DNA from: a virus
Taxonomy: Duplodnaviria > Caudoviricetes
Reading direction: 5' to 3' (one strand)
DNA length: 49,631 bases
Virus record (IMG/VR): IMGVR_UViG_3300023095_000002
Location: 1-49,631 of that record
The notes under the pieces are model-generated. The model had not been told where the DNA came from. It worked only from the letters and a program-made list of their open reading frames with translations, and did no database searches. A program made the position numbers and the translations under genes. Positions 7,931-16,771 of this stretch are shown here, piece after piece (the first letter of the stretch is position 1; each line of letters starts with the position of its first letter).

Positions 7931-8223
7931 CCGGCGTTTGGAGCGACATCACCGGCACAAACCATCCCGAAACATACGAAATGGCTTTGGCGAGATCACT
8001 CGTAAACCAGCCACAAGCAGCCAAGACCGAAGCCGAGATAGCTGCGAAGCTGGTTGCGGACCGCGAGCGCATGCGGATGCACGACCGAGTGCTTGCCGAC
8101 AACTATCTGACCATCAATGAGCAGGTCATTATGTCGATTACTCTCGCTCGAATGCTTGGCTATGCGCCCCACGAAACCGCGCCAGACAATGACGGCGACG
8201 GCTGGGCAGGCGGTGACGATTGA
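7927..8223 (+). CDS. Hypothetical protein
   Basis: 98 aa, ATGA overlap. Confidence 0.65.
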   Translation: MTGVWSDITGTNHPETYEMALARSLVNQPQAAKTEAEIAAKLVADRERMRMHDRVLADNYLTINEQVIMSITLARMLGYAPHETAPDNDGDGWAGGDD

Positions 8224-8417
8224 GCCCCTCAGTTTTGCGCCGTAGCGGGCCGGATTACGTCAAGGACGGCCAGACGATCAGCCCTCGCGCCAGCATCCAT
8301 TTTTGCGAGGTATGCCGCTGGGAAGGCGCCCCGTTCGGTGACACCAAAGACGGCAAGAGATTGTATTTCTGCGGGCGGATCGATGATCGGCCGGCCTGCA
8401 TCGGGAAAGGAAACTGA
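8220..8417 (+). CDS. Small Cys-rich (zinc-finger-like) protein
   Basis: HFCEVC...APFG...YFC. Confidence 0.65.
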   Translation: MSPSVLRRSGPDYVKDGQTISPRASIHFCEVCRWEGAPFGDTKDGKRLYFCGRIDDRPACIGKGN

Positions 8418-8420
8418 ACT

Positions 8421-8612
8421 ATGGAAAGCATCAGCATGACGAGCTTTCAGGAGCAGCGCCGTATCGAGCTGCTGAACGGGTCGCCGGCCGCAACTGGATC
8501 GCCGACCAACGGCATCGGCAGTCGGCGCAACACGGCTCACCTCAACCTGGTCGGGCGCACTGAGCCAAGCCCAGATGGTCCATACACAACGAAAGCGAGT
8601 TGGGACAAATGA
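8421..8612 (+). CDS. Hypothetical protein
   Basis: 63 aa, AAGGA RBS. Confidence 0.55.
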   Translation: MESISMTSFQEQRRIELLNGSPAATGSPTNGIGSRRNTAHLNLVGRTEPSPDGPYTTKASWDK

Positions 8613-8857
8613 CGCAGGAAATATCAGGCTCAATCAACGAAGTCAGGCGGGTGTTTACCGCGGCAACCGGCGAGATCGGCAAGGTGGATTTTGGCCGCTC
8701 GTATCATTCGCGCCAAGGCTTCACCACCATCACCTGCGTTAAGATCGACATGCAGGACGGGCGCAAAGCCTGGGGCAAGTATGGCGACCCCAAGACTGTC
8801 ACGCTGACCTTGCGGGCTGGCTATGAGCGCAAACGCGTTGCCGTGGTGCGGTCATGA
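8609..8857 (+). CDS. Hypothetical protein
   Basis: ATGA overlaps on both ends. Confidence 0.65.
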   Translation: MTQEISGSINEVRRVFTAATGEIGKVDFGRSYHSRQGFTTITCVKIDMQDGRKAWGKYGDPKTVTLTLRAGYERKRVAVVRS

Positions 8858-8976
8858 GCGTTGCAGCATTCCTAGCCAAACTGCGCCGCGCCAAGCGCCA
8901 GGATCAACCCAAGGTGCGAGTGTGGATATCGGTCTGGTCGCCTGACGATCGTATTGCGGCGGAGATCAGCCAGTGA
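8854..8976 (+). CDS. Hypothetical 40-aa protein
   Basis: MSVAAFLAKLRRAKRQ..., fills the gap with 4-bp overlaps on both sides. Confidence 0.55.
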   Translation: MSVAAFLAKLRRAKRQDQPKVRVWISVWSPDDRIAAEISQ

Positions 8977-9530
8977 GCAAGCACGGTCCAGAATATGCGC
9001 GACAGCGCAATGAGAAGTATTTCACCCCGGCATGGGTGACGGAAGCGCTGCTCGATCGCGAACAGTTCTATGGCCCGATAATCGATCCGGCTGCTGGAGC
9101 GGGGCATATCCTCAATGTGCTGCAGGCCAAGGGTTATAAGGGTTGCTTTGGCAGCGACATTGAGCCGGATGCCCCGGGCATTATCCTCGCGGATTTCTTT
9201 GCTTTCGAGGATGCTGATAACATCGTCACCAATCCGCCATTCGGGCATGGCGGGCGGCTGGCCATGAAGTTTATCGAAATGGCGCTGGCTCTCACAAAGA
9301 GCAACGGCGGCAAGGTTGCAATGCTCCTGCCCTTGACGTTCGACGCGGGCAAGACTCGACAGCATGTGTTCGGCAACTGCCCGCAATTTGCCGGCAAGTA
9401 TGTGCTGACGCAGCGGATCCGATGGGCCAACCTCGAGCAGAAGGCGGCCGGTCCTATGGAGAACCATTGCTGGGCAGTTTGGGACTGGCGAAAAAATCCT
9501 GCAGCCGACCCATTCTTGCGGTATATTTGA
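8973..9530 (+). CDS. Orphan N6-adenine/N4-cytosine DNA methyltransferase
   Basis: YFTP, DPAAGAG SAM-binding motif, IVTNPPF catalytic motif. Confidence 0.9.
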   Translation: MSKHGPEYARQRNEKYFTPAWVTEALLDREQFYGPIIDPAAGAGHILNVLQAKGYKGCFGSDIEPDAPGIILADFFAFEDADNIVTNPPFGHGGRLAMKFIEMALALTKSNGGKVAMLLPLTFDAGKTRQHVFGNCPQFAGKYVLTQRIRWANLEQKAAGPMENHCWAVWDWRKNPAADPFLRYI

Positions 9531-9551
9531 TCGAAACGAGGCACATCACCC

Positions 9552-9824
9552 ATGCTTACCCACGCGCCAGCCGACGAAAAAGCCGTTCGCCTTGCCCATG
9601 AAATCAACCTCACGGTGCAAGCGGTTTTGCGAATTTCCCCGATGACGCCAGACGAGGTGATCGGCGTCCTCGCGTTCTGCGCCGGGTTCGGTATCTCGCA
9701 AGCCCCGTTCCCGCCGACCAAGGGTGAGCTTCGGGAAATGGCTGTCAGTTGCATCGACCACGGAATCCAGTCGGGCAAGGGCATGCAATCGTCCCTGATC
9801 CTACCAGTGGGGGCGCTGCAATGA
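9552..9824 (+). CDS. Hypothetical protein
   Basis: 90 aa, GAGG RBS. Confidence 0.7.
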   Translation: MLTHAPADEKAVRLAHEINLTVQAVLRISPMTPDEVIGVLAFCAGFGISQAPFPPTKGELREMAVSCIDHGIQSGKGMQSSLILPVGALQ

Positions 9825-10057
9825 TGAAAACCCCGCGCGCAACGGCTGATATCTCGCCGGCCGATATGGATGCCTGGCTTCGCGTCCATCGCCCGCTTAT
9901 GCAATCGCCATTCTTCTACAGCCCCGCGCTACTGGCCCATGCTCGCAAAGCCGGGCTCGACGTCGAAAAACTCATCGAAGACGGTGTTATCGTCGAAACA
10001 AAGCGCATCCCCGTCACCAACGGCTCAAGCATTTGTTTCAAGGGCCTCGCATCATGA
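9821..10057 (+). CDS. Hypothetical protein
   Basis: ATGA overlaps on both ends. Confidence 0.6.
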   Translation: MMKTPRATADISPADMDAWLRVHRPLMQSPFFYSPALLAHARKAGLDVEKLIEDGVIVETKRIPVTNGSSICFKGLAS

Positions 10058-10527
10058 CCGCCGCAAAGCGCAAGCCAGCCAAAACCCCGGCAACACCCCG
10101 CACAACAACCATCAAGCTCAACAAGCCTGACAAGCCCCGCCTCGCCGGACGCCCGCCATCCTACACGCTGGAACTCGGCGCACTCATCTGCCGACGCCTC
10201 GCAAACGGGGAAAGCCTGCGCCAAATCTGCGAGGATAAGGACATGCCAGACCGCGGAACCGTGTTCGATTGGTGCGAGAGGGATGCAGATTTCGCTACCA
10301 AATACGCGCGCGCACGCGAGGCACAGGCCCATTCCAACGCCGATGAGTGCCAATATATTGCTGATACCGACCCAGATCCTGCGCGGGCTCGAGTGCGCGT
10401 TGCCTCCCGGCAATGGCTGGCTGAACGCATGCTGCCTAAGAAGTACGGCGCTCGATTGGAGCATTCCGGTTCGATTGACGGCGCGATCAACGTGGTGTTT
10501 CAGGCGGCTGACGAAGGGATTATGTAG
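10054..10527 (+). CDS. terS: Terminase small subunit (Sf6 gp1-like)
   Basis: GRPPSYT.EL...IC.RLA.GESLR.IC....MP...TVF.W......F..KYARARE...RQW...RM.PKKYG. Confidence 0.88.
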   Translation: MTAAKRKPAKTPATPRTTTIKLNKPDKPRLAGRPPSYTLELGALICRRLANGESLRQICEDKDMPDRGTVFDWCERDADFATKYARAREAQAHSNADECQYIADTDPDPARARVRVASRQWLAERMLPKKYGARLEHSGSIDGAINVVFQAADEGIM

Positions 10528-10567
10528 CTAACAATTCGCTTGCTAACAAATCCAGACGTGCTAACAA
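10527..10567 (+). promoter_or_regulatory. Three direct repeats GCTAACAA (putative operator)
   Basis: Copies at 10527, 10542 and 10560, directly upstream of ATG 10575. Confidence 0.65.
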
Positions 10568-10574
10568 TTGGCGC

Positions 10575-10964
10575 ATGACCAATCAGCATCGTCTCTGCAA
10601 TATCTGCAACCATCGTCACGCTGGCGTCGCTCATGTTTGGGGCGATAGCCCTGCGCAGATCGCGGCACCTTCCGTCAAGGTGATCGATGTTGTTGCAAAG
10701 AAATCGACGGCAGCACGGAAGGACGTGCGCGTAGGAAAAATGGCGGCTGGGGATCGTGCACTGTCCCCGAGCGAGACTCCCGCGCCCCCTGAAACATCGG
10801 GACATGCGTCCGCTAAGTCAGCAGGTACTCAAGCCCTGCCCGTCGATACCAATTCCACATCAAAGCGCGGACGCAAGCCGGTCGCTGATCCGACGCCGCG
10901 GCAAATCTATCAACGCGAGCTGATGCGCAAGCGCCGCGCTGCAGCCAAGGAGGCAAATCCGTGA
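10575..10964 (+). CDS. Putative DNA-binding protein (N-terminal CxxC-H-H, C-terminal Arg-rich helix)
   Basis: CNICNHRHAGVAH; KRGRKP...RQIYQRELMRKRR. Confidence 0.7.
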   Translation: MTNQHRLCNICNHRHAGVAHVWGDSPAQIAAPSVKVIDVVAKKSTAARKDVRVGKMAAGDRALSPSETPAPPETSGHASAKSAGTQALPVDTNSTSKRGRKPVADPTPRQIYQRELMRKRRAAAKEANP

Positions 10965-11164
10965 CAGCCGAACAAGCCAAAGCCATTGCCGCTGCTCGCG
11001 CTGATCTGCAGCGTGAGCTTTATCGCAACAGCCCGCCAAACACAGCAAAGGCCGTCTCGGATAAGATAGCCGCTGCAATCGAAGCCCTGATCGATATCAA
11101 GATCGACATTGCCATCGAGGCGCTGGCCGACCGCACAGAAAATGCCTTGGGCGCCCGCCCATAA
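10961..11164 (+). CDS. Hypothetical protein
   Basis: GGAGG RBS, GTGA overlap. Confidence 0.65.
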   Translation: MTAEQAKAIAAARADLQRELYRNSPPNTAKAVSDKIAAAIEALIDIKIDIAIEALADRTENALGARP

Positions 11165-11201
11165 CTTAACCCCAACCTTTGCCGCTGGAGGGCAACGGAA
11201 A

Positions 11202-11411
11202 ATGCAAGACAACAAACCTAACTACGATCCTGGCCGCGCCGTGATGAAAGCCCGGATGACTGAAATTGACGACATGCTCGATGCCAACGGTATGACCGCC
11301 GAAGAGGCGACAGAGTTGGCTAGCCACGATCATCAAGAGGGCGCGCTTGCCCTTGGGTTTGTCGCTGTAGTGCTGCTCGTTCTCGGCGTCATCTGGTTCG
11401 TGGTGTCGTGA
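11202..11411 (+). CDS. Small protein with C-terminal TM helix
   Basis: GGAGG RBS; ALALGFVAVVLLVLGVIWFVV. Confidence 0.7.
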   Translation: MQDNKPNYDPGRAVMKARMTEIDDMLDANGMTAEEATELASHDHQEGALALGFVAVVLLVLGVIWFVVS

Positions 11412-11533
11412 TGGAAGAGTTTTATCCTCGCCCCGAAACCGATCTGTTCGGCGGCTCAATTGTGCCTGTCGTGCTAATCCTGATCGGCCTGGCCGTGCTG
11501 TGGTTCGCCGTGACAATAGCGGTGCTGGCATGA
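11411..11533 (+). CDS. 40-aa single-TM protein
   Basis: MEEFYPRPETDLFGGSIVPVVLILIGLAVLWFAVTIAVLA; overlaps neighbours. Confidence 0.6.
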   Translation: MEEFYPRPETDLFGGSIVPVVLILIGLAVLWFAVTIAVLA

Positions 11534-11817
11534 TCAAGCTCATTACCTACGCCATGATCGCTGGCTTTGTGGCTTTGCCGCCCGCGCAATACGATCACGC
11601 GCCGACTGTGGCATATACCGTCGACGTGCTGCCAAAAGAGCAATTTGATGCGACTTGCGGGGTCGAGCGCGCCCCCAGGTATAAGCTCGGATGCACCATT
11701 GACTGGCTAGACGCGATCTTCATCCGCGACGATCTGAGCGATGACGCCTTCAAGCGCGTCCTGCGCCATGAGATTGGGCACATCAACGGTTGGGGTTCAC
11801 ATCATGAACGGCGATAG
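11530..11817 (+). CDS. Small exported zincin-like metallopeptidase
   Basis: Hydrophobic N-terminus; LRHEIGHINGWGSHH (HExxH). Confidence 0.65.
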   Translation: MIKLITYAMIAGFVALPPAQYDHAPTVAYTVDVLPKEQFDATCGVERAPRYKLGCTIDWLDAIFIRDDLSDDAFKRVLRHEIGHINGWGSHHERR

Positions 11818-12598
11818 CGCGATTCCCAACCCCATCATCCCCTCCACCCCAATGCGAGGCGCTGTGAACAAGACGAGTGAACTGCAGACACGCGACGACC
11901 GACAGACAACGGTTGCGGAATGGTGCGCGGCTGCCTTCGGGGCGGACCACCAGGCTTCTGTTCCGCAGCGCGGTTTGCGCATGCTCGAAGAGGCTATCGA
12001 GGCGTATCAGGCGACAGCCGGAAATGCGGGAACAGCCCACAAGCTCATCGACTATATCTTTGCCAAGGAGCCGGGAGAGCTAGTCCAGGAATTGGGCGGG
12101 CTGGGTGTTACGGTTCTAGCACTTGCCGCCGCTGCGGGACTAAGCGCCGATGAAGCAGAAACCCGCGAAGTGAACCGGGTGCTGTCCAAGCCTCTTGAGT
12201 GGTTCCATGCCCGGAATAAGGTCAAGAACGACGCCGGGTTTGACGCAACGGCCTATCCTGTCGCCACCCCCGCTCCAGAGCCGCAGCCCGAAGTGGCGGC
12301 AGACCTAATCGAACGATGTGCAGCGCAAATTGAGCCCGGTCTCTGGCCTATGATGGACGAACACGACAGGAACTTACATCGAGCCATTGCCAAGCGCATT
12401 CTTGCCCTCGCCAACCCTCCTGTTGTGGAGGAAGCCGTAAAGGCGGAGACGGAGGCGTTGTTGGACGCACTTAAAAAAGCCCGCGAGTGGGTCGAGCTTG
12501 GGCCTGAGCTTCCAGGAATATCGGCCAAAGATGAGGCGGATGCTCGACAGACCCTTGCTGAAATCGATGCGGCCATCGCCCGGAGTGCCGCCCCATGA
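11804..12598 (+). CDS. MazG-like all-alpha NTP pyrophosphohydrolase domain protein (alternative start GTG 11864)
   Basis: W..AAFG...R.LRMLEEA.E..QA...AH.LIDYIF....GE..QELGG..VT.LAL. Confidence 0.55.
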   Translation: MNGDSAIPNPIIPSTPMRGAVNKTSELQTRDDRQTTVAEWCAAAFGADHQASVPQRGLRMLEEAIEAYQATAGNAGTAHKLIDYIFAKEPGELVQELGGLGVTVLALAAAAGLSADEAETREVNRVLSKPLEWFHARNKVKNDAGFDATAYPVATPAPEPQPEVAADLIERCAAQIEPGLWPMMDEHDRNLHRAIAKRILALANPPVVEEAVKAETEALLDALKKAREWVELGPELPGISAKDEADARQTLAEIDAAIARSAAP

Positions 12599-12837
12599 CC
12601 GATATTGCAGGACCGCGCGTGCGGGAGTTGGAGTGGGAGCCCGAAGGCGGCGATCACGGCGTCTATGCCGACAACGGGTTTGGCGAATTGTACTTCGCCT
12701 ACGATGACGGCGGGTGGTCATTCCGTAGCGACCATCAGCACGCCGAGGGTCAGACGCTCGACGCTGCCAAAGCCGCCGCTCAGGCCGATTTCACCGCCCG
12801 AATTTTATCCGCCCTATCCTCTGGAGACGCATCATGA
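12595..12837 (+). CDS. Hypothetical protein
   Basis: VRELEW...AAKAAAQADF..RILSAL, recurrent phage small-protein pattern. Confidence 0.7.
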   Translation: MTDIAGPRVRELEWEPEGGDHGVYADNGFGELYFAYDDGGWSFRSDHQHAEGQTLDAAKAAAQADFTARILSALSSGDAS

Positions 12838-13103
12838 CGACGACAGGAAGGCCCAGAGACGTTTACATCGCAATCATGGTGGCCGAAGCAAAAGGTAAGG
12901 GGCTTCACCTAACCTTTGAAGAACTGCAAGCCCTGACCCTAGACGACGCGATTGCCACGCGAGCTTCTAACGCCCTGAATACGGAAGATTGGGGTCGAAT
13001 GACAGAGAAAGGCTGGGCATGGGTAAACCCCTATGCTGATCGTGGCCTAGCAGCAAACGAGGCAACAAGGTCTGATGAAGACCGCGCAGAGGCCACCCCA
13101 TGA
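12834..13103 (+). CDS. Hypothetical protein
   Basis: GGAG RBS, ATGA overlaps. Confidence 0.7.
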   Translation: MTTTGRPRDVYIAIMVAEAKGKGLHLTFEELQALTLDDAIATRASNALNTEDWGRMTEKGWAWVNPYADRGLAANEATRSDEDRAEATP

Positions 13104-13471
13104 CCGACCAAGCCAATACCACCGTAAGCGATGAACTGCGCAAAGAACGCGGCCCTGAGTGGTGCGCCATCTATGATACGATGCGGCATCACAACCTAAC
13201 CAATATGATTTTCGTCGGCTCTGACGATCCGTTCTGCCTTGTTGATTTGGTATCGACCATCGGCACCGATATTTCGACCGGCGAAGAACAACTGCTCATC
13301 CTGGCCGACGAAATAAGCCTCGCATTGGATGCCCGCCGCGTCACAGCGGATGTGACAGAGGCTATGGTTGAGCGAGCCATGGACGAATGCGACAGGTACG
13401 GAGGCGGTGTAGGCCCTATCGCCATGCGTGACATCCTCCTCGCCGCTCTTAACCCACCAATGGGGAGATAG
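13100..13471 (+). CDS. Hypothetical protein
   Basis: GAGG RBS; VTEAMVERA motif. Confidence 0.7.
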   Translation: MTDQANTTVSDELRKERGPEWCAIYDTMRHHNLTNMIFVGSDDPFCLVDLVSTIGTDISTGEEQLLILADEISLALDARRVTADVTEAMVERAMDECDRYGGGVGPIAMRDILLAALNPPMGR

Positions 13472-13474
13472 GGG

Positions 13475-13675
13475 ATGGCAACGATCTATCACCTCAGCAC
13501 CGATGAGGCTCATGGCGAAGACGAAGTTGCCAGCGCTGCAGCCTATGCCGCCGCCAAAGCCAAGTACGATCGGGAGAACACCGACGGCCTGACATGGGAC
13601 GATCTGTCGAGACGCGACAAACTGCCGTTGTACCAGGCTGCATGGGCCGCCCTAAAACAGCAGGCACCGGAATGA
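13475..13675 (+). CDS. Hypothetical protein
   Basis: GGAG RBS, 66 aa. Confidence 0.65.
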   Translation: MATIYHLSTDEAHGEDEVASAAAYAAAKAKYDRENTDGLTWDDLSRRDKLPLYQAAWAALKQQAPE

Positions 13676-14112
13676 GGCCAGGGCACAAGGCTCGGACATG
13701 GCGCCTTGTGGCCTATATCCGAGAACTGGCAAGCCTTGGCGTTCGCGGCAAGCCAATGGCTGCGATGCTCGGTGTGGATCACGCCTATATCCGGTCGCTG
13801 GCTTCGCAGCACAAGATAGCTTTGAGCCAGGGAGATTCCGCTTTGTCGCGCGCTGTTCGTGATGGATATGCGCGACGGATGCAGCCAAAGGATATCGCAG
13901 ATGCGAACGGCACCAGTCTCAAGTCTGTTCATGTCACGGCGTGGAAGTTGGGCATAACCTCAAAGCTTCCTCGTGACAGCGCTCGATACAAACGCGGCTA
14001 TGTCGTCCCGGCTGAGTTGTGGGGTGATTACCGGGCGTACAAGCGCAAGGGCTATTCGTTCGAAGAGATTGGACGAATCCTTGGCCTGACGCCGAAGGAG
14101 AACAGGCAATGA
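13672..14112 (+). CDS. Protein with tandem HTH-like units
   Basis: MAAMLGVD..YI, KDIADANGTS.KSV....KLGI, GYSFEEIGRILGL. Confidence 0.6.
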   Translation: MRPGHKARTWRLVAYIRELASLGVRGKPMAAMLGVDHAYIRSLASQHKIALSQGDSALSRAVRDGYARRMQPKDIADANGTSLKSVHVTAWKLGITSKLPRDSARYKRGYVVPAELWGDYRAYKRKGYSFEEIGRILGLTPKENRQ

Positions 14113-14351
14113 GACTGTGGGGCAAGAGCCCGTATGATTTGGAGCTTGAACGGCAAATGATGCTGGCTCGGCGCGAGTATGAACGCACCAATCCCACGCC
14201 GGCCGATCTGGGCGCCAAGTATGCGCCGCCGATCGCGCCAATGGTTGTCGTTCCTCGCTCCGAGCCAAAGCCAATGCATCCGCTGGCCATCGTCATCATC
14301 GCCGGGCTATCCTGCTTGGGCGTGATCTGGATCATCGAGCAGATCCTATGA
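14109..14351 (+). CDS. Small protein with C-terminal TM helix
   Basis: AAGGAG RBS; LAIVIIAGLSCLGVIWII. Confidence 0.7.
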   Translation: MRLWGKSPYDLELERQMMLARREYERTNPTPADLGAKYAPPIAPMVVVPRSEPKPMHPLAIVIIAGLSCLGVIWIIEQIL

Positions 14352-14650
14352 ACTACCGGCAGCGGTTCGCCCCAATCCGCAAGCCGCCATACTGGGGCAA
14401 CATCAAGCAAGAGGCAGACACCATGGCCGACCCACTATCCCTCACGATCGACGCATGCCGTGCGCTGGAATACGCCTGCAAGGAAGCCAACGTCGCCATG
14501 CCTGAGATACGGTTTCCGACAAGCCGTGATCGCTTTAACTTCGAAGCATGCTTGAAGGCGACGCAGACGGCCAAGATGGTCTTGACGATCGACAGTCAGG
14601 GAATGACGGATTTCGGAGTGATGGGAATTCGGATAACATCGGGCAGCTAG
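14348..14650 (+). CDS. Hypothetical protein (alternative start 14423)
   Basis: ATGA overlap; GAGG before 14423. Confidence 0.6.
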   Translation: MNYRQRFAPIRKPPYWGNIKQEADTMADPLSLTIDACRALEYACKEANVAMPEIRFPTSRDRFNFEACLKATQTAKMVLTIDSQGMTDFGVMGIRITSGS

Positions 14651-14709
14651 CAACCGGACGCCTCCCTGTTTCGTTCTGAACGCCAGAGGCTCCAACAGGA
14701 GTAAAAATC

Positions 14710-15279
14710 ATGACCGACCGCAAGCCCAAGTCGACCGATACCGCCGCCCGCATCAAGGCCAATGATGTCGACCTGCAGAAGCAGGAACAGTCCAGCACCG
14801 ACGTTGGCAATCAGGTCGAGCGCACGCCGACCGCAACTGAACTGGCATCTGCCAACCCCGAAGTGTTCGGCGAGCCAACCTCGACCGAAGAGGACTCGAC
14901 CAACGAAGAAATCGTCCCGCAGGATCGCCGGCCAGAAACATCTTTCGTCACCTCGGACGAGCGCAACGCTGCCGAGAACGGCGAGCCGCTTCATGAGCCT
15001 GCCGACAAGGGCGCCAAGATCGGTCAGCGCGTTATGCTGCACACTGCAAACCCAATTGGCGGCCAAACCGTCAATCCTGGTTTCATCGTCGGTTTTAACG
15101 CGGTCAACGGCAAAGCTGCCATCCGTCTCGAGCTGACCGATGGAGCCCGAGCCAAGCCCGTCGACTTTGGTGGCGTCCCCAAGGATGCAGCCGACGAAGA
15201 GCGCGGCGCGTTCTACACCCTGCCCGCCGAAGACGCCGCCGCTGCCGAGGCCAAGGAAAAGGCTTCCGCCAAGGAATAG
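14710..15279 (+). CDS. Acidic hypothetical protein, likely highly expressed
   Basis: AGGAG RBS, biased codons, followed by terminator. Confidence 0.8.
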   Translation: MTDRKPKSTDTAARIKANDVDLQKQEQSSTDVGNQVERTPTATELASANPEVFGEPTSTEEDSTNEEIVPQDRRPETSFVTSDERNAAENGEPLHEPADKGAKIGQRVMLHTANPIGGQTVNPGFIVGFNAVNGKAAIRLELTDGARAKPVDFGGVPKDAADEERGAFYTLPAEDAAAAEAKEKASAKE

Positions 15280-15315
15280 CCGTGCTATAGCTGGGTCGCC
15301 CTCCAGCCCAGCCAG

Positions 15316-15357
15316 AAACCCACCGCACCTCAACCGTGCGGTGGGTTTTTCTTTTCT
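15316..15357 (+). terminator. Rho-independent terminator
   Basis: aaacccaccgcac-loop-gtgcggtgggttt followed by T-rich tract. Confidence 0.85.
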
Positions 15358-15422
15358 CCGAATATGTTATGAAGGCTTCGGCACATCGCGATTGATTGGT
15401 TCTCGTCCGATGGAGTCGATCA

Positions 15423-15809
15423 ATGCCCTTTGTTCTCCCGCCCAACATCGCCATCGGATCGCAAGAAGCGACCAATCTGCTGCTGCAATATCAGCTCGGC
15501 CAAGCCTCAATGGAGGGCGTGCCAGATGCGCCGCTCGTTCCGATGGGATATCAGCAGCTCACGAATGCCCAGCTAGCCACCGTGCAGGCGCTTACGGTCC
15601 CGGCTGGCGCAACCATAGCGCACATACAGAACAACGGCTCCCAGCGCTGCCGCTGGCGCGACGATGGGGTTGATCCGACCGCCACAACCGGGCGCGTGAT
15701 CTCTCCCGACGACACCGAGATTTATGACGCGGCTCTTGCGTCGGTGAAGATCATCCGCGGCGGCGACGGCGTGACGCTGGATATCTCCTATTACAAGCGG
15801 GGTGCATGA
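15423..15809 (+). CDS. Putative small virion beta-protein
   Basis: GYQQ...LTVP.GA..A.IQ......RWRDDG..PTA..G motif typical of phage structural proteins. Confidence 0.6.
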   Translation: MPFVLPPNIAIGSQEATNLLLQYQLGQASMEGVPDAPLVPMGYQQLTNAQLATVQALTVPAGATIAHIQNNGSQRCRWRDDGVDPTATTGRVISPDDTEIYDAALASVKIIRGGDGVTLDISYYKRGA

Positions 15810-16186
15810 TGCCGAAACTCTCGTTCTCCCGCCTGGGCAATCCAATGCGCGTGCCGATCTCGCCAACGTCGGGCCTCGACAAGTTTTCGACCTCCGGCAA
15901 GATCCCGATGTCGACGCAAAACCTGTCGTTCCAATTCGTGAACCCGCTCCCCTGCGATGTTCGGCTCGAAGGGTTTGCCGAAGAGGCTAGCTTTGCCGCA
16001 ATCGCGGCCGGTGTCGGTTGGCTTGTCATGGCCAGATCTGTCAGCGGCATCTATACCAGCAAGCGCCCCAAGTTCATTTCAGCCCAAGCGTTCGCATCGC
16101 CAGGCTTCCCGCTGCCGGTTGAGGGCGTCGATGGTTGGACCTGGACAAACTGCTTCCTTGAACTCGTATATGGCGAGGGCGATTGA
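15806..16186 (+). CDS. Hypothetical protein (probable virion/fibre accessory)
   Basis: 126 aa, coupled to neighbours. Confidence 0.65.
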   Translation: MMPKLSFSRLGNPMRVPISPTSGLDKFSTSGKIPMSTQNLSFQFVNPLPCDVRLEGFAEEASFAAIAAGVGWLVMARSVSGIYTSKRPKFISAQAFASPGFPLPVEGVDGWTWTNCFLELVYGEGD

Positions 16187-16710
16187 TGAGCGGCGGTAAA
16201 GGCTTCGGCTCATTTCTTTCGACTTGGGCAGCGTTGCGCGGAAAGCCAGCGACATTCCCGCCGGCTGCGCATAGCCATCCATGGGGCGAAGTAACAGGAA
16301 AGCCCAACACGTTCCCGCCTGCAGCTCATTCACACGCCTTCGCGGATATCACCGACAAGCCTTCGGCCTACCCGCCATCTGCGCACGGTCATACGATCGC
16401 CGATGTGCAGGGCTTGCAAACTGCGCTCGACGCCCAAGCGGCCAAGAACAATGTCTTGCTGGGCACGGTCAACATTGCCGAAACCGGGCTAACCCTGCTT
16501 GCGCTGTCGGTGCGGCGCGTGACGATCAATGTGACCGGCGCGGTCGTCGGCGGCAATTACAACGTCTATCCCGTCAACGCCGTACCTGCCGGCTTTGGTA
16601 TCGTCGACGCTGTTTGCACGACTGCCGGCCAGATCACGTTCGGCATGCTCGTTCCGCTGATCACCGGCAATTATTCGATCCCGGTGCGCGTCGTGCGTGT
16701 CGTCACCTGA
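16186..16710 (+). CDS. Short fibre protein with His-x-His phage-tail repeats
   Basis: KP..FPP.AHSH repeats x3 and HTIADVQGLQTALD (PTR-like), then small beta domain. Confidence 0.75.
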   Translation: MSGGKGFGSFLSTWAALRGKPATFPPAAHSHPWGEVTGKPNTFPPAAHSHAFADITDKPSAYPPSAHGHTIADVQGLQTALDAQAAKNNVLLGTVNIAETGLTLLALSVRRVTINVTGAVVGGNYNVYPVNAVPAGFGIVDAVCTTAGQITFGMLVPLITGNYSIPVRVVRVVT

Positions 16711-16771
16711 CCTTTGCGCCGCGCTGCCTTTGCGGTAATGATCGGCAACTGCTCCCAAGGAACCAAGCGCC

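Noticed and set aside
8973-9530. Restriction-modification system
   Set aside because: No adjacent restriction endonuclease; orphan MTases are common in phages
15298-15312. 13/15 match to loop region 2148-2162 as an antisense target
   Set aside because: Expected by chance in a GC-rich 50-kb genome; no flanking extension
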